From an uncultured Pseudoruegeria sp. (lineage in GTDB: Bacteria > Pseudomonadota > Alphaproteobacteria > Rhodobacterales > Rhodobacteraceae): a DNA stretch of 64,000 nucleotides. This document shows positions 57,536-64,000 of the stretch, one piece after another. The DNA lies in assembly GCA_947498155.1 (NCBI GenBank), contig CANMJD010000007.1, positions 77,703 through 141,702 of the forward strand, in the 5' to 3' direction. The notes below the pieces were generated by a model. The model saw only the letters and a list, made by a program, of their open reading frames with translations. It ran no database searches and had not been told where the DNA came from. A program made the position numbers and the translations under genes. Numbering within the stretch: position 1 is the stretch's first letter; the number at the start of each line of letters is the position of its first letter.

Positions 57536-58119
57536 GGGAGGGATACCTTTGTTGTGCGCGGCAGGGCTGCCAGTTGTGATCCGCAGCTGAAAAAGAAATC
57601 CAGCCCCAGCGGGAAGATGGTTCCGTTCTGCTGAAACCCTGCGATCTCTGGCAGGTGAAACGGCTGGACTGTTTTGATACCGGGGCCGCGTAGCGCCACA
57701 GCCATACCGTCATTGGCGGCCTTACTCTCAACAATCAGCGTCGCCGAGCGATCTGGATACTCCGCATCCCCCACAGCATATTGAGACAGGGGCATCAGCG
57801 CCTGCCAATCGCCAAGCGCAAAGTCACAGGCCGCTGCCCCAACCAGTTGCGCTCCGGTGTGAAACCGGACCCAGTCCTGCACCGCTTCACTGTCATAACC
57901 CGGTGCCAGATACAGGCCGGTTTCCGGATCACAGAGCGTCAGGATCACACAGGCCGCCGCTACCGACAGCGGGGCGGGTGCGGTTGCACCGATCAGGTCC
58001 TGGGACACGCCGGGGCGCGCCATTGCCGTCATGATCGCGCGAAAGGCAGTTGCCGATTGCACCGGCGCATCATCAAATCCACCCTGCAACGCATGGGGCT
58101 CACTCAAAGGGCTCTGCAT
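57526..58119 (-). CDS. phnH: C-P lyase core complex subunit PhnH
   Basis: QSATAFRAIMTAMARPG motif and its operon position. Confidence 0.85.
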   Translation of the reverse strand: MQSPLSEPHALQGGFDDAPVQSATAFRAIMTAMARPGVSQDLIGATAPAPLSVAAACVILTLCDPETGLYLAPGYDSEAVQDWVRFHTGAQLVGAAACDFALGDWQALMPLSQYAVGDAEYPDRSATLIVESKAANDGMAVALRGPGIKTVQPFHLPEIAGFQQNGTIFPLGLDFFFSCGSQLAALPRTTKVSLPCM

Positions 58120-58122
58120 GGC

Positions 58123-58566
58123 TCAATCCTCTCCGCGTACAAGTGTAAAAAAATCCACCTTGGTCGCAGCCGCCTTGGCTGCGCGCGCCGCTTTGGCGGC
58201 TTGGGCCGAGGTGGCCAGAGGCAAGAGCAGCGCCTCGTAAACATGGTCTGCCGCAGCGGTTTGCATCATCGCATCCACCAGCGCGGCCTGCGCGGCATGG
58301 GTTTTGTCGCGCCCTTGCACATAGCCATGGCCGACCGTTTCATCCGCCAGCTGAACCGCGCAACGGGTGACGGTCATCTCTCCAAGGTTAAACGCTGCGC
58401 CGGTTGCGCCCATCCGGCCCTGAGTCATTACCCCACCAATTTCAGCGCGGCGCAGAAAGTGGTGCTGAGGCACCCCCTTAAGCGATGCGAATAGGGTCGC
58501 GACCTGCGGCGCAGCACTGCGCGCCAACAAGCCCAACCAGTCTTTACGTTCGTTTCTTAAATCCAT
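58123..58566 (-). CDS. phnG: C-P lyase core complex subunit PhnG
   Basis: First gene of the phnGHIJKLN unit. RKDWLGLLARS...GEMTVTRCAV. Confidence 0.85.
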   Translation of the reverse strand: MDLRNERKDWLGLLARSAAPQVATLFASLKGVPQHHFLRRAEIGGVMTQGRMGATGAAFNLGEMTVTRCAVQLADETVGHGYVQGRDKTHAAQAALVDAMMQTAAADHVYEALLLPLATSAQAAKAARAAKAAATKVDFFTLVRGED

Positions 58567-58567
58567 C

Positions 58568-58611
58568 TAGACACCTTGCTGAGTTGTCTACTACACTATA
58601 CAACTAGACAA
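58568..58611. promoter_or_regulatory. candidate PhnF (HutC-type) operator: TAGACA / TTGTCTA / TAGACAA repeats
   Basis: TAGACA at 58568-58573. Perfect inverted repeat TTGTCTA (58584-58590) and TAGACAA (58605-58611) in the phnG-phnF divergent region. Confidence 0.5.
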
Positions 58612-58667
58612 ATCATAGGCGAATTGATCTTCCCCGTTAACCCCCCTGTTCATGAAGTTTTCGTAAC

Positions 58668-59384
58668 ATGCCGCGCACCGCCATCTGGAAATCCATCGCC
58701 GACAGCCTGCGGGCTGAAATTGCCAACAACCATTACGGGCCAGGGGACAAGCTCCCGACAGAGGCCGCATTGGCGGCGCGTTTCGGGGTCAACCGGCATA
58801 CGGTCCGGCGCGCCATAGGCGATCTTGCCGAGACCGGTCTGGTCTTCTCCCGCCGCGGGACGGGAGTGTTTGTGGCCGCCCATCCTACCGAATATCCCAT
58901 CGGCAAGCGGGTGCGCTTTCACCAGAACCTGCGCGCAGCCGGGCGTATGCCTGCCAAAGAAATCCTGTCGCTTGAAACCCGCAGCGCCGACAGCGCAGAA
59001 AGCACGGCCCTTCATCTGCCCAAAGGGGCAATGGTGCATGTCTATGAGGGCCTGTCGCTGGCCGATGGCCAACCCATTGCGGTTTTCCGCAGCGTCTTTT
59101 GCGCCCAAAGATTTCCCGACCTGCTCACCGATCTGCGCGCCAGCCACTCCGTCACCCATGCCCTGAAAGCTGGTGGGCTGTCTGACTATACCCGCGCTCA
59201 AACCCGCCTGACCGCCAAACGGGCCACCGCAACCCAAGCCCTGCACCTGCGAATCACCGAGGGCGCACCGATCCTGCGCACTGTCGCCATTAATGCCGAT
59301 CTTAAGGGACAGCCGGTTGAATATGGCCACACATGGTTTGCCGGTGATCTGGTGACCCTGACAATCGGCGAAGAACAGGTCTGA
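58668..59384 (+). CDS. phnF: phosphonate metabolism transcriptional regulator (GntR/HutC family)
   Basis: WKSIADSLRAEIANNHYGPGDKLPTEAALAARFGVNRHTVRRAI, with a UTRA-like C-terminus. Confidence 0.85.
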   Translation: MPRTAIWKSIADSLRAEIANNHYGPGDKLPTEAALAARFGVNRHTVRRAIGDLAETGLVFSRRGTGVFVAAHPTEYPIGKRVRFHQNLRAAGRMPAKEILSLETRSADSAESTALHLPKGAMVHVYEGLSLADGQPIAVFRSVFCAQRFPDLLTDLRASHSVTHALKAGGLSDYTRAQTRLTAKRATATQALHLRITEGAPILRTVAINADLKGQPVEYGHTWFAGDLVTLTIGEEQV

Positions 59385-59459
59385 AACCGCCGCCTCTGTC
59401 ACGGTTTCGATACAGTTCAGCGCTATCCAATAGGAAATTTGAACACGCAGAGATTTCAC

Positions 59460-60641
59460 ATGACGCCGAGCTTCCCCCCCATCCGCATGACAGGTGCGAT
59501 GACCCTTCGCGACGGAGAACTCCAGCACCGATCGCTTGCCATCGCCAACGGGCGGATCACCAAAGGCCCACTGCCAGAAGTGGATTTGACCGGCTACCTG
59601 ATCCTGCCCGGCATTATCGATCTGCATGGCGATGCCTTTGAACGCCATATCGCCCCGCGCCCCTCTGCGCCGTTTCCGCTGCACTCTGCCCTTAAGGCAA
59701 CCGATACCGACGCAGCCAGCAACGGCATCACCACCGCATGGATGGCCCAAAGCTGGAGCTGGGAGGGCAAGATGCGCAGTCCCGAGGCTTGTGTGGCGCT
59801 GCTGACGGCGCTGGAGACATACCGCGCCCAAGCCGCCACCGATCTGCGTGTTCAAATCCGCTGTGAAACCCATACAGTTGAAACACGTGAACATCTGTTG
59901 GCCACGATCCAAAAACACAGTGTCGATTATGTGGTCTTTAACAACCATCTGGACGAGGCCCTGACCTTGTCCTTGTCAAACCCCCATGAAATCGCCCTCT
60001 GGGCCGAGAAATCAGGGCGTTCTGCCGAGGAACACATGCGCCTTGTCCAAACCGCTTGCGATCAGGCACAGGATGTGCCGCGCTACCTCTGTGCGCTGGC
60101 CGAAACCTTTGACACGCTGGGCGTCACCTATGGTTCCCATGATGATCCTGACGGTGAAACCCGCGAAGCCTATTCGATGATCGGGGCCAAAATCTGCGAA
60201 TTTCCCACCACGCGATCCGCTGCCGCCCTGGCGCGGGCCGTGGGCGATCCGGTGCTGATGGGGGCGCCCAATGTGGTGCGCGGCGGATCGCAATCGGGCA
60301 ACATCGCCGCCATCACCCTGATCGAAGAAGGGCTCTGTGATGCACTGGTCTCCGATTATTATTATCCGGCACTGGCCCAAGCCGCCCTGCATCTGGTGCA
60401 AACCGGCATTCTGGATCTGCCGCAAGCCTGGGCGATGATCTCGTCCAAGCCGGCAGAGATCCTTGGCCTGCCGGACCGGGGTCTTATCGACTATGGCAAA
60501 CGCGCCGATCTGACCATTCTCAACGCTACAACCCACCAGATAGAAGCCACCATCGCCAATGGTCGCCTCAGCCATCTGACCGGAGAAGCCGCCAACCGGT
60601 TCCTCTGCGCGGGCACAGAAAACCGGTTCGCGGCAGAATAG
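59460..60641 (+). CDS. phnM: second PhnM-like amidohydrolase
   Basis: ATG 59460 (track TTG start 59439). PGIIDLHGDAFERHI and SHDDPD parallel the motifs of the first PhnM. Confidence 0.75.
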   Translation: MTPSFPPIRMTGAMTLRDGELQHRSLAIANGRITKGPLPEVDLTGYLILPGIIDLHGDAFERHIAPRPSAPFPLHSALKATDTDAASNGITTAWMAQSWSWEGKMRSPEACVALLTALETYRAQAATDLRVQIRCETHTVETREHLLATIQKHSVDYVVFNNHLDEALTLSLSNPHEIALWAEKSGRSAEEHMRLVQTACDQAQDVPRYLCALAETFDTLGVTYGSHDDPDGETREAYSMIGAKICEFPTTRSAAALARAVGDPVLMGAPNVVRGGSQSGNIAAITLIEEGLCDALVSDYYYPALAQAALHLVQTGILDLPQAWAMISSKPAEILGLPDRGLIDYGKRADLTILNATTHQIEATIANGRLSHLTGEAANRFLCAGTENRFAAE

Positions 60642-60643
60642 CC

Positions 60644-61258
60644 CTATTCGTATTTTGCCAAAAACGCGGCAGCGGGCAGGTTGCGAAAATCCGCAAGCCC
60701 CTGCTGGAGCGCCGCATGGGACCAATCCCACCACGCCAAGGCAATAAGCCGCGCGGCAATATCAGGGCTGAACCGCTGGCGCATCGGTGTGGCAGGCACA
60801 CCGGCCACAATATGATAATCCGGTACATCCTTGGTCACGATCGCCCCCGAAGCCACAATAGCCCCATGCCCGATCCGCACCTCCGGTTTGATCTGCGCGC
60901 CATGCCCGATCCAAGTGTCATGGCCGATCTGCACCCGGCGCGCGCGGCGACGTTCAAAAAATCCGGCATCATCCGCCACCCCGTCGAAATAATCCGACGA
61001 CCGGTAATGGAAATGATGCAATGACGCCTGCCCCATCGGATGATCCGTCGCCCCGATCCGCACAGCGCTGGCGATATTGGCAAATTTCCCTACCGTCGCA
61101 TTGGCAATATCGGTAAAGCGGTCGCAATAGGAATAATCCCCAAAACTCGTGTAGGCGATCCGGCTGCCCTGCCCGATCTCGCAATACCGCCCGAATTCGG
61201 ACTGTGTAATCGTGCAATCCGAATGCACATAAGGCTCTGTCGCCGTTAAACGCGCCAT
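60644..61258 (-). CDS. hexapeptide-repeat acyltransferase associated with phosphonate metabolism
   Basis: ATG 61258 (track start 61318 translates the repeat element). Left-handed beta-helix repeats (IGHGAQIKPEVRIGHGAIVASGAIV). Confidence 0.75.
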   Translation of the reverse strand: MARLTATEPYVHSDCTITQSEFGRYCEIGQGSRIAYTSFGDYSYCDRFTDIANATVGKFANIASAVRIGATDHPMGQASLHHFHYRSSDYFDGVADDAGFFERRRARRVQIGHDTWIGHGAQIKPEVRIGHGAIVASGAIVTKDVPDYHIVAGVPATPMRQRFSPDIAARLIALAWWDWSHAALQQGLADFRNLPAAAFLAKYE

Positions 61259-61270
61259 GCCAATCCCTTT

Positions 61271-61327
61271 CATTTTGACAAAAATATCCTCGCCGAAGGC
61301 ATCAGAGTCAGGGGCCACTGGCCCCTG
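61271..61327 (+). repeat. REP-like intergenic repeat, degenerate copy d
   Basis: CATTTTGACAAAAATATCCTCGCCGAAGGC... followed by hairpin GGGGCC-act-GGCCCC. Confidence 0.5.
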
Positions 61328-61339
61328 CCCTTTGTTGCC

Positions 61340-62647
61340 TCAATGCCCGCTTTGCGTACCTTGAATTAGCTTGCGCCGCAGCCAGCCGGAAAGGCTGTCC
61401 ATGATCATCACCATCAGGATGATCAACACGATGTAATAGGTGACCTCTTCCCAATCCTTCTGGGTGATCATCGCTTGCGTCAGCAACAAACCGATCCCGC
61501 CGCCGGTGATTGCCCCAATGATTGTGGCAGAGCGGGTGTTGGATTCCAGATAGTACAGGATCTGGCTCAGTAGCACCGGTGTGATCTGCGGGATCACCCC
61601 GAAGCGGTAGCGCTGTACAGGCTTTGCACCGGTGGACTGAATGCCTTCGATCTGCTTTTCATCCACGTTCTCCAATGCCTCAGAGAACATCTTACCGAAA
61701 CTCCCGGTGTCGGTGATCAGGATCGCCAGCGCACCGGTCAAGGGTCCCGGCCCGAAAGCGCGGGCCAGTATCACCGTCCAGATCAACGCATCCACCCCGC
61801 GCACAAAGTCAAACACCCGGCGCGTGGCAAAGCGTACAGCTTTTAATGGAGCAAAGTTCTTTGCCGCGAGAAACGCCATCGGCAACGCCAGCATCGCAGC
61901 CCCCATCGTGCCCAGAAACGCCATCAGGATTGTTTCCCCCATAGCCCAGGCCACATCGGCGTGCCGCCACATTTTGTTGGACCAGAAATCTTCCCAAATC
62001 TGGGCATGCTCTCCGCCCAATGCACGGGCCATGACCTCTGTGGTGGGCAGGCCGTGATAGGGGCTGTCCAGCGTGAAAAAGAACAGCTCCCAGCCGTAAA
62101 AATACCGAAACACTTCGGCGCGGTTCCGGGTGACGGTCAACCGACCGGCATCGGTGGTAATGGCCAACCGGTTCTTTGAAACATTAATCCAGTCCGGCAC
62201 ATCGCCTGCGGGTAAAACCGCGTTCACCCCAGAGCGATCCGGTGCGGCCGTAACCAACCCATAGCCGGGAATGTCATAGCGCACTTCTTGCGGCGAAAAG
62301 ATCACCTGCTGGCCTTCGCGCAACTCAATCACCGTGGTGTCGCCCAGCGTCACCCAATCCGGTGCCGTGCCTTGCGGGTAGCGGCCCTTTTTCTCACCCT
62401 CAATGGCGATGGTGATTTCTCCGTTGCGGTTATCCCGCGCCACGTGGGTTTTATAGCTATAGGTATCGGCCACCAAAGACGTGGCATTATCCCAATCCGC
62501 CCGCTCGCTCAGGCCCGCAATATCGAACGCAAAGAATATCACCGTCAGATAGGCCAGCATCACCGCAGGCACGCCAAAACTGAACAAGCGTTTCTTGGTG
62601 AAATTCTGGCTGGCGACGTGCTTTAGGTCTTGGACATGGCTGCTCAT
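61340..62647 (-). CDS. phnE: phosphonate ABC transporter permease (long form)
   Basis: The C-terminal half is PhnE-type (FGKMFSEALENVDEKQIEGIQSTGA). It also has an extension of about 170 residues after the first TM span. Confidence 0.85.
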   Translation of the reverse strand: MSSHVQDLKHVASQNFTKKRLFSFGVPAVMLAYLTVIFFAFDIAGLSERADWDNATSLVADTYSYKTHVARDNRNGEITIAIEGEKKGRYPQGTAPDWVTLGDTTVIELREGQQVIFSPQEVRYDIPGYGLVTAAPDRSGVNAVLPAGDVPDWINVSKNRLAITTDAGRLTVTRNRAEVFRYFYGWELFFFTLDSPYHGLPTTEVMARALGGEHAQIWEDFWSNKMWRHADVAWAMGETILMAFLGTMGAAMLALPMAFLAAKNFAPLKAVRFATRRVFDFVRGVDALIWTVILARAFGPGPLTGALAILITDTGSFGKMFSEALENVDEKQIEGIQSTGAKPVQRYRFGVIPQITPVLLSQILYYLESNTRSATIIGAITGGGIGLLLTQAMITQKDWEEVTYYIVLIILMVMIMDSLSGWLRRKLIQGTQSGH

Positions 62648-63513
62648 GAGACCGCTCCATGGGTCAATCGGTTGCGGAAATGGCTGGAAATCTGATCAGT
62701 GATGACGATGGCGGCGAACAACAGCAGAAAGATCGCAGCGGCGTCGTCATATTGCCCTTTGCCCCAGGACATGGCGTTCTTCAGCTCATAGCCGATACCG
62801 CCCGCCCCGACAAAACCAAGAATGGCCGAAGCGCGGATATTGATCTCAAACCGCAGCAAAGCATAGCTCAGGTAATTCGGCGCGACCTGCGGGATCACCC
62901 CCAGCCACATACGCTGCCCCCAAGTGGCCCCGACACTTTCCAAACCCTCCAGCGGCTTAAGGCTGGCGTTTTCGTTCACTTCTGAAAACAGCTTGCCCAG
63001 CGCCCCAACCGTGTGCAGCGCAATTGCGATCATCGCCGGCACCGGCCCGCCACCGAGCACAAAGATCAAGATCAGGGCGATCACGATCTCGGGCACGGCG
63101 CGCAGAATATCCAGACAGCGCCGAAACAGCGGGATCAAACGCGGCCAACGCGCCAAACCACGGGTCGAGAGCAACGATAAAACAATCGCAAACAGCGCGC
63201 CCAGCAGGGTCGCCGCTCCGGCAATATTGATCGTTTCCACAAGCGAGGGAAAATAGGTCACCAGATTGGCGGGCAATGCGCCGATTTTCTCCCAGGCCTC
63301 GCTTAACACTTCGGCGGGAAAATCAAAAACATGGGGCAAGCCGTCCCAGAAGCCGCCGGCATTGCGACGATCCGCGGTCTGAAAGCCGCTGACCATCAGG
63401 GCCACAAACAGGATCAGAAGGATGCCATTATACAACCGCTTACGGCGGGTCAGGTTCATATAATCCGCGCGCAGATCGGGGCTCATCCCCTGCGGCGCCG
63501 TTGCGTCTGTCAT
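62644..63513 (-). CDS. phnE: phosphonate ABC transporter permease
   Basis: LGKLFSEVNENASLKPLEGLESVGA motif. ATGA overlap with the downstream phnE. Confidence 0.85.
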   Translation of the reverse strand: MTDATAPQGMSPDLRADYMNLTRRKRLYNGILLILFVALMVSGFQTADRRNAGGFWDGLPHVFDFPAEVLSEAWEKIGALPANLVTYFPSLVETINIAGAATLLGALFAIVLSLLSTRGLARWPRLIPLFRRCLDILRAVPEIVIALILIFVLGGGPVPAMIAIALHTVGALGKLFSEVNENASLKPLEGLESVGATWGQRMWLGVIPQVAPNYLSYALLRFEINIRASAILGFVGAGGIGYELKNAMSWGKGQYDDAAAIFLLLFAAIVITDQISSHFRNRLTHGAVS

Positions 63514-63545
63514 GCTGCTTGTCCCTTAATATCTTGCAAATGCGC

Positions 63546-63583
63546 AAAAAAAGACGGACCCCGATCCTGTAAACCGGGGCCCG
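63546..63583 (-). terminator. hairpin plus T7 run after phnD (intra-operon attenuator/terminator)
   Basis: On the minus strand: CGGGCCCCG...CGGGGTCCG stem of 9 bp with one mismatch, followed by TCTTTTTTT. Confidence 0.55.
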
Positions 63584-63599
63584 CCGCTGATGTTGAAAA

Positions 63600-64000
63600 T
63601 TAGTTGGATTTCAATTTCCGCGCTTCGATGATCACCTCATAGGCGTCGTGGGTGATCGGATCAAAGCTGCGTGCTTCGCCCGAGGCCACACCGTAAAAGC
63701 AATCGGCATCTTTTTCGTCCAGCGTATCCACCAGCGCGGTCATTTTGGCTTTGACTTCGGCAGGCAAGGATTTGCGCAGCACAACCGGACCTTCGGGGAT
63801 GGTTTTGGACTGCCAGATTTGAACCATGTCGTTCATGTCCACCAGACCGGCATCCACAGCACGGCGCAGCGCGCCGGAATTATAACCGTCTTCCCAGTTG
63901 CCCAGACCATCGGCCCAGGTCACACCGGCGTCGATGTCGCCATTGGCAACCGCCACGATGGTTTGCTCATGACCACCGGTGAACTTGACTTCACCGAAAT
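63600..64000 (-). CDS. phnD: phosphonate ABC transporter substrate-binding protein, N-terminus outside the window
   Basis: The frame stays open to the window edge (the track shows only an internal Met at 63956). ...GGHEQTIVAVANGDIDAGVTWADG... is PhnD-like. Confidence 0.8.
   Translation of the reverse strand, partial: FGEVKFTGGHEQTIVAVANGDIDAGVTWADGLGNWEDGYNSGALRRAVDAGLVDMNDMVQIWQSKTIPEGPVVLRKSLPAEVKAKMTALVDTLDEKDADCFYGVASGEARSFDPITHDAYEVIIEARKLKSN

Noticed and set aside
58620-58667. Pho box upstream of phnF/phnG (CTGTTCATGAAGTTTTCG), and near 52850 (CTGTGTCACGTTTCTTTGG)
   Set aside because: Only one half-site resembles CTGTCAT in each case and the second repeat is poor. I cannot support either site without a species-specific matrix.
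58650-59948. 432-aa ORF on the minus strand
   Set aside because: It is antisense to the well-supported phnF and second phnM genes. Its composition is Gly/Ala/Arg-rich and low-complexity, typical of GC-driven shadow ORFs, and it has no recognisable motifs.
1-64000. CRISPR arrays, insertion sequences, prophage or toxin-antitoxin modules
   Set aside because: I scanned for regularly spaced direct repeats, transposase- or integrase-like ORFs, and small paired ORFs, and recognised none. The only repeats are the REP-like elements and the tRNA-Glu pair.

Overview
GC-rich, gene-dense chromosomal segment. Gene content, repeat style and promoter style suggest an alphaproteobacterium of the Rhodobacteraceae/roseobacter type; this is inference only. 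I support about 70 protein genes and two identical tRNA-Glu(UUC) genes in inverted orientation. I recognise no rRNA, CRISPR, transposase, integrase, phage or toxin-antitoxin genes.

Blocks from left to right:
- Partial BKACE enzyme and a PcaD-like hydrolase.
- A translationally coupled circularly-permuted ATP-grasp / alpha-E / transglutaminase / Anbu (proteasome-like) cassette (1844-5818).
- MarC, MscS and a YbaY-META lipoprotein.
- A LysR regulator divergent from the urea ABC transporter urtABCDE (10344-16412).
- FAD oxidase, FAH hydrolase, PBP5-SPOR carboxypeptidase, HAD hydrolase, clpS, RsmC-like methyltransferase, SDR, lipoprotein and hemF.
- A catabolic cluster of unknown substrate (24742-30988): AraC, AHL-lactonase-like MBL, ABM monooxygenase, isocitrate/isopropylmalate-family dehydrogenase, Gfo/Idh/MocA, GntR and HIBADH-like.
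- Pirin, TetR, hom, glpX, isochorismatase and recJ.
- tRNA-Glu, lrgAB, an RND efflux pair, dihaem cytochrome c, NDUFS4-like protein, family III CoA-transferase, uvrB, an AT-richer orphan ORF, cutC, an RcnB-like protein, phnA, and the inverted tRNA-Glu.
- A C-P lyase phosphonate cluster (51704-64000): phnM, DUF1045, phnN-L-K-J-I-H-G, phnF, a second phnM paralogue, a hexapeptide transferase, two phnE and a partial phnD.

Most long ORF-track entries antisense to these genes are GC-driven shadow ORFs. Several track ORFs start upstream of the likely true start, and I trimmed them.

Most noteworthy:
- The Anbu cassette, whose function is unresolved, and a G10 tract inside its alpha-E gene.
- The identical inverted tRNA-Glu pair bracketing 13.3 kb.
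- A four-copy REP-like intergenic repeat family.
- Several well-defined candidate operators: overlapping 16-bp palindromes at 27116-27143, a LysR-type dyad at 10220-10240, TGTCTA/TAGACA repeats at phnG/phnF, and Pho-box-like CTGTCAG repeats at 46466-46496.
- An apparently domain-permuted CoA-transferase.
- The rearranged phn cluster with two PhnM paralogues.
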